A DNA stretch of 63,008 nt, the filler included, from Asterionella formosa (lineage: Eukaryota): the NCBI GenBank assembly GCA_002256025.1. It is 20 parts of 20 records of this genome, joined end to end, with 100 filler letters (N's around TTAATTAATTAA, not from the genome) between each part and the next. Parts side by side here need not be neighbours in the genome. Positions count along the whole stretch, not along the records: positions 1 to 1,219 come from NKIB01003599.1; positions 1,320 to 2,538 come from NKIB01003600.1; positions 2,639 to 22,269 come from NKIB01003601.1; 17 more parts are not named here. The stretch is one strand, 5' to 3'. This document shows positions 1-12,264 of this stretch, piece after piece. A program made the position numbers and the translations under genes. The notes below the pieces were generated by a model. It was given only the letters and a program-made list of their open reading frames with translations, had not been told where the DNA came from and did no database searches. Within the stretch, counting starts at the first letter, position 1, and each line of letters opens with the position of its first letter.

Positions 1-234
1 AAGCCACGGCGGTTCAATAGTGCAGTTGAATTTGCTGCGATTCGCCTTGTGTACAATCAGCTTCGTGCTGGTGATTGCGCTTGTTCAGTCATGTCGCTTG
101 CTGCCAAGCTGCGGCGCTTGTCTGGACAAGATGTTAGCTTGACTGCCATGTAGCAGTGTGTAGCTCGTTGGTGCGCTTCGCAAAACATTGTATATTGTTG
201 TATCACCCACACAGCAAAAAAAAAGATGTACTGA

Positions 235-943
235 GTGTCATGCAAGAGTGGTATCTCTAGTATATTAACATGCAGTTTGATTCTTGAAGTGTCACATCAT
301 TTTCCTAGTATCGTAAATATAGATGAAACAAACATTTATTTTGATATGGCGGGCGGGCTTACCCTAGCTGATGGAGGTGCCAACAATCAGCTTACGCACA
401 AATGGCAGCAGCATTCGTTGCACAGTGCTGTTGGGTTTTCAATGTCTAAAGAGAAGCTTGTGCTCCTCTTGTTTTTTGAGAAATTAACAATTAAAAGTTT
501 GATTATCCCCCACAGATTGCTTATTGTTGTCAGACAAAAGCATGGGTTCAGAAAGTCGGTTTTTTCATTGTAGACTTGCAACATTCGGAAGCCATGGAAA
601 ATCAGCCAGTCATGGCACCCAGCCATCCTACATTCGGATGGATGCGTTTCAGATGCATGTGATGGCAACAAGCCTCAATGAAATTAAGGATTGTGGAACT
701 AATGTGGACTTCATTTGTGGAGGATGCACCTCCAAACTACAGGTGTTGGAAATCGGAGTAAATAAACCCTTCAAGGGCTATGTTAGGGATGCTCATGAGA
801 ACTGGATAGTCGCAAATCCTCATGGCACAAAGGTGAAGCGTCGAGATGTTGCTCAGTGGGTTTGGACAGCTTGGGAGAGGTTTTCACAATCAACAATTTT
901 GAACACTTGGAATTCAGTTGATTACATCGTAAGTAACGACTGA
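235..943 (+). mobile_element. pogo/Tigger-like (DDE_1) transposase pseudogene, frameshifted
   Basis: Motifs NIDETNIYFDM, MDAFQMH, GGCTSKLQVLEIGVNKPFK and VAQWVWTAWE..ILNTW are split over two frames. Confidence 0.85.
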
Positions 944-1219
944 AGGCCATATATTGGTCAAAAATTATACTGTCACTATTAATGTAACTTCACACTCTGT
1001 TTATGCATGCTCTTCTGTTCCAGTATTGATTTGTAGATGTCTCCTGGCCTTTAATATCCTCTATCAAGCAGAATGAAGCAATTCCGGAATTCCTCTTGCT
1101 TTTTTTCTCATCAGAGAATTTTTGTGAGCGCAGCAACCTCAAGGGCTAGAACAATGAATTATATGGTAGTTGTTGCTGAAGGCAATACACGCCTGAGGTG
1201 GTCTCTTGCCTGCGAGTAT

Positions 1220-1319
1220 NNNNNNNNNNNNNNNNNNNNNNNNNNNNNNNNNNNNNNNNNNNNTTAATTAATTAANNNNNNNNNNNNNNNNNNNNNNNNN
1301 NNNNNNNNNNNNNNNNNNN
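1220..1319. other. Artificial contig spacer (44 N + TTAATTAATTAA + 44 N), first of 19
   Basis: The identical 100-bp spacer with stops in all six frames recurs at 2539, 22270, 23588, 24906, 26224, 27542, 28859, 30176, 49857, 51174, 52491, 53808, 55124, 56440, 57756, 59072, 60388 and 61694. Confidence 0.98.
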
Positions 1320-1334
1320 TTCATAAATTACTAC

Positions 1335-2437
1335 TTGGAATATTTAAGTTCGCACATTTTGGAATCATTGTACAATTATCGGACTATCCCTGAAGAATGG
1401 ACATGTTTTTTTAAAGAAAGAGAATCACCAGATATTCCAGAGAACATCTCTGATCAGAAACGTATCACTGAAACAACAGACACTGATTTTCTTGATCAAG
1501 AGCAGCCGAAAAAAAGGGAAAAGACCAAAAGGACACACGCACCAGTTACCAAACATATCTACACTGGCAAAAAGCAAGACCCAACACTTGTACCAGCACC
1601 AGGAATGTATTTTAGAAACTATACTTCGAACAAAGTGCTAGATTTTTGGACAATTACATCGATTAAAACATGACCTTTTAACAAGGTCATATGAAACAAG
1701 GCAGTTTTCCTTGGCACGAAAATTTTGTTTTGCAAGTGATACATTACATACAGAAAACAAACAAAAGAAGAGGAGTAAAGTAGTACATATCAATATAACT
1801 GAGGGTATTTCAACAGAAATCGATTTCGAGGGAATGATTTAGGATACAAGGATGTTGCCTAGTTTGTCGCCTGATAATTTGGGAATATCGCCTACCAAGA
1901 TCCATTCACCATCCCTTCCTGTTAAACTTCAATTCTCTGCTTCATCATCAAATGGTCTATGGACTATAGCAGGTGTCCCTAATAAGATTGGGCATGTATC
2001 ACGGAGTAAGGATGTACCCTTGCTTGTCTCAATTGGTTCATCCTGATTTATCGAACGGGGCCAACTACATAAAGAGCATTGCGAATTCAGCATTAGAAAT
2101 AGCAAGAATAAAAAGTCTTGAAGATGGGGTTGGGCCTGGTGCTGTTTCCATTGTAAGGATTGACTTTTATTATCATGTTAAAACTGAAAGAAACGTTCCT
2201 GGCCAAACTACTATTTTCAGATGCCATCCGAAAGGGAATAATGATTCAAATGCAGGAATCTCTGGTCGTGAATGGTTTGACTGGGTCGAAGTGAACTGGG
2301 CTGAGAGAAAGGAGATGGATCAAGTTCCTACACAGTTCAGTTCCGGCAAAACTACTTCTTTGGGGAAATGTTATTCTCTCCAACACAACAACCATTCTCT
2401 TAGCGTGTATTCGTTCCTTCTTGAAAAGTTCAACTGA
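1335..2437 (+). mobile_element. Degenerate DNA-transposon ORF fragment (C-terminus resembling Plavaka/CMC-type proteins)
   Basis: Broken ORFs. The motif TIFRCHP...REWFDWVEVNW resembles the C-terminal 'FRAHP..WxDW' segment of these proteins. Confidence 0.35.
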
Positions 2438-3821
2438 AATGAAAATTCATTAACGTATTTTTTTTGCAAGAGGAGATACCTTATGCAATGATACAACTGA
2501 ATCGAGCGTTGTTGAATTTCATAATATACTTTCGGCAGNNNNNNNNNNNNNNNNNNNNNNNNNNNNNNNNNNNNNNNNNNNNTTAATTAATTAANNNNNN
2601 NNNNNNNNNNNNNNNNNNNNNNNNNNNNNNNNNNNNNNTTGTCAATACACACTCTTGCTCCCATGATGGTGCTTTCAATGGTGAAGGGAGGGTATGAATA
2701 GCTTCCAATTTGGTTGTAACAAATAAGAAATAGCAACTTTTCCGATTTTGGAAGGAATGCCTGTATACCTGCATTTGCTGGCCACCTTGTTGCTTGAACT
2801 CACTCGAGAATGTTGGCAGCAGAACTCATGAGAGGAAGCCAAAGCAGAGCATGTATAGCAGCAATTGGTCTGCTGGTAGCCATTGGCCATGAAGCACATG
2901 TACACTTATGGCAGCATTGAAACAAGTCAATATAAATGGGAAGGGGCATTTTTCGACATGTGCACTGGTATGGATTTTGGCTCATGATGGCAACAATGGT
3001 CAAATACAGCTATCAGTTTATGTGGGAGACAGATTAGATCTGGAGATATTCACCAGCCACCATTGTTGGAGAGAATGAAGCAAGTGTAATGACATGATAG
3101 AATTTGCATCCAACCAACAGCTAAAAATAATATACCAGATATATATACTCTTGCTACATAATAATACCCCAACATTTATCGGCATGCATCCAACTGCCAT
3201 ACCATGTACATGCCGGAATGTTAAGTGTACACAGGTAGGGTCAATACGTAACCTTCTTATTCACGAGTCGGAATGGTATTTCGATATAGAATAATACCGG
3301 TATATTCGGGAAGAACCGTTTTTGAAGTCATTATGTAGGATTGTACATAATTCGAATAATTTTTTCATGTTGAAGTTTCTCGGGCCATTGTCCTTGTATT
3401 TAAATTATTTGCTGTGTGAATGACATCTTTCAGAAATTCTCCGATAGTTGTCTCCTGAGTAAAACATTTTCTCTTCTTATTTATACGCTGTGACACGGAA
3501 CATTAAAAAAGATGATGTCGTTTGTCGTATACTTAGGATTAAGTACATACAATCATTTATATGAAGGGAGCCATAAAAAATCAACCTACGGCTGAATTTA
3601 TTTGATTATTTGACTGCGTGTATTAATTAATATTTTACATCAGTCTGCACATAATGTTCACACAGTTATACTCCATTCTCATTAAATTCATTTCTCATTT
3701 TCCCCTACTTTGCTTGGCAGAACATATTTCTCAAAACAATTTCAATTGCTGCAGCACCTAGTAATTCAAACTAGAGGAAACGCTCATTAGCGTTATCTCC
3801 TTACTACTGCATCACATAGCG

Positions 3822-5804
3822 ATGACGACGGCCCTCGTCCTCATATTTCTTGCCTTCGCTCTCGTTATTGTCATCGTCGCATCCGCCAAGGTGGAATCCA
3901 CAAGCAATCTTCGCAGCAGCTGGGCTCTCGATATCAAGCATCGTCGAGACCAAGTCAATGACACGGTCCAATGTGAGAAAAGCTTCTATGAGACTCAAGT
4001 TGGACTAGCGTTACCTGATGCCATTCAAGATGGGCCTCTGATGTGTACCGAACAAGAAATTGAAGCCATCGGAACAGTTCTCACGGAAGCCTATGACATT
4101 GTTCTTGCTGCGGATAAAGTACTATCCACCACTGAAATCACTCTCAACACGACATTGTGTCCAGGAAGTGCTGTTGCAGCCGCTCGAACGAGAAGTATGC
4201 AGGAAGCTGATGAAGGACACAGAGAGCGTGAACGAGAGTTATTATTAAAAGCGACCACGAAGTATACGTATCTTTGGAAAGGATCGTAAGTCCAGTACCA
4301 TTTCAATTGACTTTACATTCTGTTTTCAAGCAATACTGACAACAGTTTTCGCCCTTTGCTGAACAGTGGAACCTGCCGTCTTTGTACGACAGACAATCGA
4401 GATAAACTTGGGACTCAACGTCGACAACTATTACAGACATCTTTAATCTATGAAGTTATTGATTTCAGTGTTAACAGTGCAGGGGAACCTCTAGGAGCAA
4501 ACGCCGTCGTGAGAAACCAGTGGATGGACAGTCACGGTATGGTCATTACAGCGACATCGCACGACGATGGGTATTCTTATCAGAAGGAAGTTCGCATCTT
4601 GGACACTGCCAAACCTGGTAATCGAACAAAGTTTGGAAGCCCAAATGCCTTATGCAATGGGGGTGGACCAGGAACCGGAATTGGTGGTATTCCTAGCAGT
4701 CCTGGGAAGAACTGCGTGCCTCAAGGGAATGCATTAATCATCCAGCGTAAGCGTGTACCTGACAATGTTTTTTCGCCTTGTGCAGGCGTCCTTACATTTA
4801 CGTTCCTATCGCCGACAAGAATCGGTTCGATAACACTCCTGGGCATCAGAAGGGGAACGGCAAGCATAAGAATCCTTACTGATGACGGCCAAGATGTCTT
4901 AATCCCTGTCCAGGGCCTGGGACGGAATTCAGTCGAACAAGTACACATTGGCTACAGGGTTCAAAACCTCAAAGTTGTCATGCAGGAGGAAGGCAATGGG
5001 GCAGTGACAGAGATCGGTCTCTTCGTACCGTCGAATCAACCTGAAGCAAGCTCCGCACAAAATGCCAGTTTGTTTCAAGAATACATTCCCTACATTCAGT
5101 TCGATCTGTCTTACTATATGACGAACAAGATCAACGACCTTTTCGGATCTGTCCAAGGTGGCTGCTTGCAAGATACTTTTGTCCAAATAGACGTTGTTTT
5201 GACGGAAGTGAGTGAGCTTCCTATCTCAAATGCTGAGCTCAACTGTGGCACATTCTGGACAGCATGTCCATCGCATTTCAGCCAAGGGATTTTGGGGAAC
5301 GAATGCAGCACTGCAGGTCTCCAATGTAGATTCAACTCCACCGAACAAGTCGCCGGCGAAAACATTGAATGCACTTGCGGCTTTGATGAGGGTATGATGA
5401 AGAACACTTTCAATTGTTACTTTTTTTCTGGGTTTCCTCCAAAGTCTGTTCCAACAACGTTCACTCCTTCGACAACTGTGACGGCGAGTCCATCAACACC
5501 CAATCCCACATCAAGTCCTTCAACCCCTCTTCCGACACTTAGTCCAACTTCTACGACTTTAGCACCAAGCTTGCCACTCTTGATGAGTCCAATAACTTCC
5601 AATCCCTCATCAAGCTTTACAGACCTTCCGAGTCTAACTTCTGCGACTTTGGCACCAATAACCCTTGCGAGTCTACCTTCTACTTTGGCCCCAATAACCC
5701 TTCCAAGTCTACATTCGACTTTGGCACCAATAACTCTTCCTTGTCTTACTTTGACTTTGGCACCAATAACATCGTCAGTTTTTGGAGGGAACGGAAATAA
5801 CTAG
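3822..5804 (+). CDS. Secreted or cell-surface protein with a Cys/Gly-rich domain and a Pro/Thr/Ser mucin-like tail; exons 3822-4285 and 4367-5804
   Basis: Signal peptide MTTALVLIFLAFALVIVIVASA. The GTAAG..TACTGAC..CAG intron at 4286-4366 joins the two ORFs in frame (KGS|GTCRLC). Contains GSPNALCNGGGPG..NCVPQGNALIIQ, R-x-L motifs (RELL, RRQL) and TLAPITL repeats. Confidence 0.8.
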
Positions 5805-5899
5805 AAGTTTAACCCCTACTGCCTAGAGAGCAAATTATAAAACACCAGTTTATATCATGTTTTACCTTCAGCACCCATGCTATCTTGTTCCTCGAAAGA

Positions 5900-6477
5900 C
5901 TTTGTTGAACACGTTTTATTGTTCCAAAAAATCTGGTATTCCATTAACGTCTGTTCCAACAATGTCAACTCCTTGGATAATTGTGGTGGGCAGTACATCA
6001 ATACCACCAAGATCTACGACGCTTCTTATTGCACTTAGTCCAAATGCTACGACTTAAGCACCAAATTTGCCACCCACCATGAGTCAAAAAACTTCTAATC
6101 CCCCGTGAAGTCCAACAACTTCACTTTCGACACTTAGCCCAACCGCTTCGACTCTGCCACCAAGCTTACCACCCACGATGATTCCAATGACTACTCTTCA
6201 ATTGACTTTCGACAACTGCTACGCCTCCTTTGCCACCAATTGTACCAACCACGATGAGTCTCCAATCCCACAACCTCACTTCCGACACTTAGTTCGAATT
6301 ATATGACTTTGCCATCAAGCTTGTCACCCACAATTACTCCAATAAATTCGAATCACTTATTATGTCCTTCAACCTCACTAAAACTCGTACAACTTTTGGC
6401 ACCAAGTTTGTCACCTGCAACCAGTCCAATAACTTCCAATCCCACAATCCTACTAAGTCAAATTTCTGAGACTTTGC
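5900..6477 (+). pseudogene. Degenerate duplicate of the Pro/Thr/Ser-rich 3' part of the upstream gene
   Basis: About 5905-6120 aligns by eye to about 5400-5620 (e.g. tctgttccaacaa..actcctt, acttagtccaa..ctacgactt..agcaccaa) but carries stops. Confidence 0.6.
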
Positions 6478-7224
6478 NNNNNNNNNNNNNNNNNNNNNNN
6501 NNNNNNNNNNNNNNNNNNNNNNNNNNNNNNNNNNNNNNNNNNNNNNNNNNNNNNNNNNNNNNNNNNNNNNNNNNNNNNNNNNNNNNNNNNNNNNNNNNNN
6601 NNNNNNNNNNNNNNNNNNNNNNNNNNNNNNNNNNNNNNNNNNNNNNNNNNNNNNNNNNNNNNNNNNNNNNNNNNNNNNNNNNNNNNNNNNNNNNNNNNNN
6701 NNNNNNNNNNNNNNNNNNNNNNNNNNNNNNNNNNNNNNNNNNNNNNNNNNNNNNNNNNNNNNNNNNNNNNNNNNNNNNNNNNNNNNNNNNNNNNNNNNNN
6801 NNNNNNNNNNNNNNNNNNNNNNNNNNNNNNNNNNNNNNNNNNNNNNNNNNNNNNNNNNNNNNNNNNNNNNNNNNNNNNNNNNNNNNNNNNNNNNNNNNNN
6901 NNNNNNNNNNNNNNNNNNNNNNNNNNNNNNNNNNNNNNNNNNNNNNNNNNNNNNNNNNNNNNNNNNNNNNNNNNNNNNNNNNNNNNNNNNNNNNNNNNNN
7001 NNNNNNNNNNNNNNNNNNNNNNNNNNNNNNNNNNNNNNNNNNNNNNNNNNNNNNNNNNNNNNNNNNNNNACAGAAATTGATACAATTGGAATGGCTGTGG
7101 CTTATATCACAATTTCAAAGCTTGGGCAAACTATCGTTGATTGTTTCTTCGGACAAAATTGCATTCATTTCACATCATATCAGCTTACACTGCCTTTGTC
7201 CACCGTTATTCACGATTTTTTCAT

Positions 7225-8955
7225 TTACTCATCATCATCATCATCGAGTGGTCTACACCATTCAGCAAGATCGTCAAGATTTAATGCCAGTATACTCCCA
7301 TCGTCAAAGACCTGCATCACTCCCTTGTTTAAACTTCGTTCCAACAATTTTCCCTTAACAAATTTGTTCTTCCCAACAAGGACAATAACATTGCCACCCA
7401 CCTTGGGAAGTGCTGTTTCTAGATATCTTTCTGGAACATGGTCCAACATGACATGACCATCATCCATTCGTATGGTGGCTTTGTGGTTGCCACGACGACG
7501 AGTCGTAACATCCAAAATGATTCCTTTTTGGGTAAAGTAGGATGAACCAAGTTTTTTAGTCACAATGCGAACACGAATGTTGGGAATAATCCAAGGTTGG
7601 TGTTTAATAATGGTATGCTCATCCTTGGCATCATCGCCGTCCGTTGGTTGCTTGCTTTTATCGTCTTCCTCCTCCCTTACAATGCGATTTCGTTTCTTGT
7701 TCTCTTGGCTGTTGTTATCATTGTTATTATTCTCTTGACGGTCGATTCTTCGTTTTCTCTCATTGGTACTAGCGTTTCTGTACTGTTTGTTCATGTTGTA
7801 ATGGCTTTTTCGTTGGTTGTCGTCCATGTCGGTGTCATTTGTCCCTTCCTCTCGTTGTATCTTCACAATACTTGGACTAGTAATCAAATCCGTTTCTTGA
7901 AAGGGTCGTTTTTCCAATTCCATTCTTGAAAGTAAGGATATACTTTGTTTTTTCACCGAAGAGGTAGTGTTGTCTCGTTCAACTTGTATCAAAACTTGAT
8001 TTAATCCTGGTACACCTGACAATTGTAAGAGTTTCCCACGTTTGTTTGAATCCTCCAGTCGAATCAAACTCCCCACTTGCATTGTCTGTTGTTTGTCCAT
8101 TTGTATTTGTTTCCATTGCTCTTGTTGCAGTTTCTTATATTGTTGAGCCTGCTGTTCATCACGTTGCACTTGTGAAGGAGTACGCAATTTATGGTTATTG
8201 GTATTGTTGGTTCCTGGTGGTGACGGTTGTTTCGGAATAGCCCCCAATCCTAATCGATGAGGACGGTGTTGAATGGTATACGTATCTTTTTTGGAATTAT
8301 CAGTCTCCTCCTTCCATCCCATCCCTCGCAACATGGCAGCTCCAAATTCATGAATGGGAATCGTTGTGTATGATTCTGAATAAATGTCCAATTCTTCTGG
8401 CAGATTTTCCAAGTCCATCAAGTATTGTTGATGATCCTTATCGTTGTTATTGTTATTATTATTATTATTAGTAGTAGAAGTAGTCTTCGTCGTTTGTAAT
8501 AAATGGTTAGTCCCAGAAGAAATGACAAAATCTCCAGTTGCTTCAAAATTGGTGGTGGTTGTATTTGTATTCATCGAGTCAAAATGTTGATTGGCTGATT
8601 GGATCAATGCTTTTTCTGCCGCGGCATTAGCTTCATCTTCTTTCATCGCTTTGGCGCATCGTTTTTGTTCTAGAAAGGATTTATTCGTATTTTTTGGAAT
8701 AATAATCAAAGGGGTTTGCCGTTCTTCGTTACAATCAAAAGTTGTTGTTGTTGTTGTTGTTGTTGTTGTAATAGAAGCAGCAGCAGCAGCAGCTTCGTCT
8801 GTAAACTCTCGCAGTACTGCTGCTGCTGCTGCTGCTGGTTTCTTGCTCTTCTTATTGCTATTGTTTTTGCGTCCTAACAATGAAAAGGCTACTGTAGTAG
8901 TAGGACGAACATTACTGTTGGGAGCATTGTCGTTGTCATTCTTGCCGACAGTCAT
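7225..8955 (-). CDS. GPKOW: G-patch and KOW domain splicing factor (Spp2/GPKOW/MOS2 family)
   Basis: G-patch IPIHEFGAAMLRGMGW..RPHRLGLGA and C-terminal KOW region WIIPNIRVRIV..YLETALPKVGG..LDDLAEW. First ATG is at 8955. Confidence 0.92.
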   Translation of the reverse strand: MTVGKNDNDNAPNSNVRPTTTVAFSLLGRKNNSNKKSKKPAAAAAAVLREFTDEAAAAAASITTTTTTTTTTFDCNEERQTPLIIIPKNTNKSFLEQKRCAKAMKEDEANAAAEKALIQSANQHFDSMNTNTTTTNFEATGDFVISSGTNHLLQTTKTTSTTNNNNNNNNNDKDHQQYLMDLENLPEELDIYSESYTTIPIHEFGAAMLRGMGWKEETDNSKKDTYTIQHRPHRLGLGAIPKQPSPPGTNNTNNHKLRTPSQVQRDEQQAQQYKKLQQEQWKQIQMDKQQTMQVGSLIRLEDSNKRGKLLQLSGVPGLNQVLIQVERDNTTSSVKKQSISLLSRMELEKRPFQETDLITSPSIVKIQREEGTNDTDMDDNQRKSHYNMNKQYRNASTNERKRRIDRQENNNNDNNSQENKKRNRIVREEEDDKSKQPTDGDDAKDEHTIIKHQPWIIPNIRVRIVTKKLGSSYFTQKGIILDVTTRRRGNHKATIRMDDGHVMLDHVPERYLETALPKVGGNVIVLVGKNKFVKGKLLERSLNKGVMQVFDDGSILALNLDDLAEWCRPLDDDDDE

Positions 8956-9418
8956 GGCTTTTGGCTTTATATGATTGAATTTATATTGTACTTCAAGTAC
9001 CAATTATATGTTGTACTTCCATTTTACCGGTAGTCGCAAATAATAAAAAAGCTATTTTATGAATATTTCATATACCGGTAATAAATACATTTACTAGAAT
9101 TTGGAATCACGAAACCCCCCCCCGTGCTATCACAAGTAAAAATATGGAACCCCGGTATGTACACTGCACGAAATGGCTGTTATTTATCATCCAAATATCT
9201 GAATATTTCACCGAACGTCAAAAACCGTAAAAGATAAGAAAATAATATAAATTCGATATTGTCTATTGAATGTACTCTTTGCTTTGATGATACATTAAGC
9301 ATTCGATTACATGATGATTCGATGAAACGATACTCAAAATTTAGTAAACACCGGACCAACATCAACAATCCTTGAATCGATCATTCCATTGGCACATTGT
9401 TTATCGTCGTTCTTAACC

Positions 9419-9619
9419 ATGCCAACATCATCAACAAAAACAGAAGCTGCTAATGATACTGAAATAATGATTGTTACAAAAATGATAGAAACACTTCACT
9501 TGGGCAGCATTCTGAATCCAACATCCAGTCAAGCCATATTGGACCTGTTACATGCCGGAGTAACATCTGACCAATTGGTGGCGATTATTTCTATAATTTC
9601 GTCCATGAAGGAACATTAG
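9419..9619 (+). CDS. Putative MOZART-like (MZT1/MZT2) gamma-tubulin complex microprotein, 66 aa
   Basis: Three-helix pattern IVTKMIETLHLGSILNPTSSQAILDLLHAGVTSDQLVAIISII resembles the MZT cores (ILVDLLKLNVAP and ICVRLCEQGINPEAL). Transcribed divergently from GPKOW. Confidence 0.5.
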   Translation: MPTSSTKTEAANDTEIMIVTKMIETLHLGSILNPTSSQAILDLLHAGVTSDQLVAIISIISSMKEH

Positions 9620-9759
9620 CTGATCTAGAGGGGTTTAACGGAGAATTTGACTACTGGCTGGAGCATAGTGAGCCACCATGCAACCAAAGTATTCACTAAT
9701 GCAACCCCATGGTCACTACTCTAAATATTTGAAAGATATCATAGCATCAATGTATACAC

Positions 9760-10478
9760 TTATAACATTTCTTGTAATTCTTTCCATATCAATTCCGGCT
9801 GTTTCGGATTGAACCAAACGGCCCGAACACCATTGTGCAAGGCAATACGAACATTTTTAGCATCATCGTCCAATAACACAGTACTTCGTTTCGTAATGTC
9901 GGCATGGAACCGTTGCTCCAATTCTTCGACAGCACTTGCCATGTGCCCCTGTTTGCCATCTTGACTTCCCATTCCTGCATATCGCCATTGACTCGAATGT
10001 CCACCACGAATGGGGATCTTGTGCAATGACAGGCGGCCCACCAAATGAGTTAAAATCGTTGAAATTAATTCAATCTGAGGTGAAAATGTGACTACTGCCA
10101 TCCACATGTTACGTTCCATGGCAGCTTGGAGTAATTGAGCAAACATCGGACGGACATGCGACAATAACTCTTGAGATGTTCCATTCCAGACTCCACCAGT
10201 ATGGATATCAATCATGGTTTTGTCAAAATCAATGGCCAAGAAATTAATATTTACTGCATAAATGATTGAGTGATGAGAATTTCGGCATTCATTAAAACAT
10301 TCTATTGAATAAAGTGGGATATTACGTTTCGACACCTGATTGTAACACGTACTGTATGTTACAATATAATAGAGTGGACAATCATGACAATCATCAACTT
10401 ACATTCTTGCAATTTGTCCAAGGCTTTTTTGATTGGTTCCGTCCATTCATTCTCAACTTCTTTGACGATGGTTGTCAT
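9760..10478 (-). CDS. HAD-like hydrolase superfamily protein; exons 10478-10403 and 10253-9760
   Basis: Motif I AIDFDKT, motif II VVTFS, K in GKQGHM, motif IV LLDDDAKN. The GTAAG..CAG intron at 10402-10254 gives in-frame KLQE|LNINFLAIDFD. Confidence 0.85.
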
Positions 10479-11229
10479 GATGTTTCTGCTCTCAATCTCT
10501 CGCTCGCACAACCTCTCTCGCTCTCGNNNNNNNNNNNNNNNNNNNNNNNNNNNNNNNNNNNNNNNNNNNNNNNNNNNNNNNNNNNNNNNNNNNNNNNNNN
10601 NNNNNNNNNNNNNNNNNNNNNNNNNNNNNNNNNNNNNNNNNNNNNNNNNNNNNNNNNNNNNNNNNNNNNNNNNNNNNNNNNNNNNNNNNNNNNNNNNNNN
10701 NNNNNNNNNNNNNNNNNNNNNNNNNNNNNNNNNNNNNNNNNNNNNNNNNNNNNNNNNNNNNNNNNNNNNNNNNNNNNNNNNNNNNNNNNNNNNNNNNNNN
10801 NNNNNNNNNNNNNNNNNNNNNNNNNNNNNNNNNNNNNNNNNNNNNNNNNNNNNNNNNNNNNNNNNNNNNNNNNNNNNNNNNNNNNNNNNNNNNNNNNNNN
10901 NNNNNNNNNNNNNNNNNNNNNNNNNNNNNNNNNNNNNNNNNNNNNNNNNNNNNNNNNNNNNNNNNNNNNNNNNNNNNNNNNNNNNNNNNNNNNNNNNNNN
11001 NNNNNNNNNNNNNNNNNNNNNNNNNNNNNNNNNNNNNNNNNNNNNNNNNNNNNNNNNNNNNNNNNNNNNNNNNNNNNNNNNNNNNNNNNNNNNNNNNNNN
11101 NNNNNNNNNNNNNNNNNNNNNNNNNNNNNNNNNNNNNNNNNNNNNNNNNNNNNNNNNNNNNNNNNNNNNNNNNCTTTTTTATTTTGCACAATTGCCAATA
11201 CCACTGACTCCTTCCATTGGCAAGCCATC

Positions 11230-11730
11230 TGATCAAGACTGATGCTATTCCTTTAATCCTATCTGTTCCTGTATTCAATAACTTGGTCAAGAAGGGTGGT
11301 GGTGGTGATTCCTTTTTTAGATTTAGTCCTTCTGGTCTCATGGTCAAGATAGTGGCATTCAATTCTGTCTGGGTTGCTGAAGCTGCTGTCAGTTGTATTT
11401 CATCATGACAAAATGTGTTGTATTTCAATATAGTGGAGGCTCTTGCCCTGGTTGCAATGGTAAGTATCTAATAGCTTCAATTTGTTCTGCTGGGGAACAA
11501 TCTGCCCAATAGCATTGTAGAATTTAAATCCCCACCTACTACTAGATCCTTTTTGTCATTATTCAATTTCTTCAAATGGTACGTCACCATGCCTTTTGTT
11601 ACCCATGTTATTGTGCCAACTTTGTATGCTACAAATCTAGTGATAGCTTCATAGTATTGTAAAGCTCCTCCATAGTTAGCCTTTGTAACTTCTAGTTCTT
11701 TGACAATGTTGTTTAGAACAAGCTTTACTA
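11230..11730 (-). mobile_element. Degenerate N-terminal region of a DNA-transposon ORF
   Basis: Minus-strand translation VKLVLNNIVKELEVTKANYGGALQY..WVTKGMVTYHLKKL resembles the N-termini of diatom transposon proteins. Stops are present. Confidence 0.3.
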
Positions 11731-12264
11731 AAAATCTTTCGGTTCATTATCCCAACAAGGAAGGAAAAGAAAAAACCATATAAATGAATGATAGCTTTCT
11801 TTCTTACCATCATGTGATGGACTTGATATAGCAAGGATGGTGATAGACTGGTGCTTCCAGACTAAATCAAGACTGCATTGTTGGACAAATCCTCAAAATG
11901 ACAGTGGGTTGCTTATTGTTGATCCACTCCCTCCCATAGTTATGTGGTGCATTCAAGTATTCATCCCTCACACAAATGAATATTTGAAACATGATCTATT
12001 GGTTCCTTCAGTACATCATTCAAAAATGGATGGCCAGAATGTTTACACATCATTCTCATGTTTCAACCAGGTTGTGCACACAGTATTGCAAATCTTGTAT
12101 GAATTGCAAATGAGTACCATCAATGTCATTTGTGGAACAACAAAGGGGAAAATTGCAAGGATAAACCGAAATGTCTTTCTTCTGACATTCAGCAAGTACT
12201 TATTATGCTGTTCCAGCCACTGCATGAATGGTTTGTTCTTTTTTAAACGAAAAAGCAAGCACCT

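Noticed and set aside
1264..1275. Regularly spaced TTAATTAATTAA palindromes about every 1.3 kb
   Set aside because: Synthetic all-frame-stop linkers embedded in N runs, not biology.
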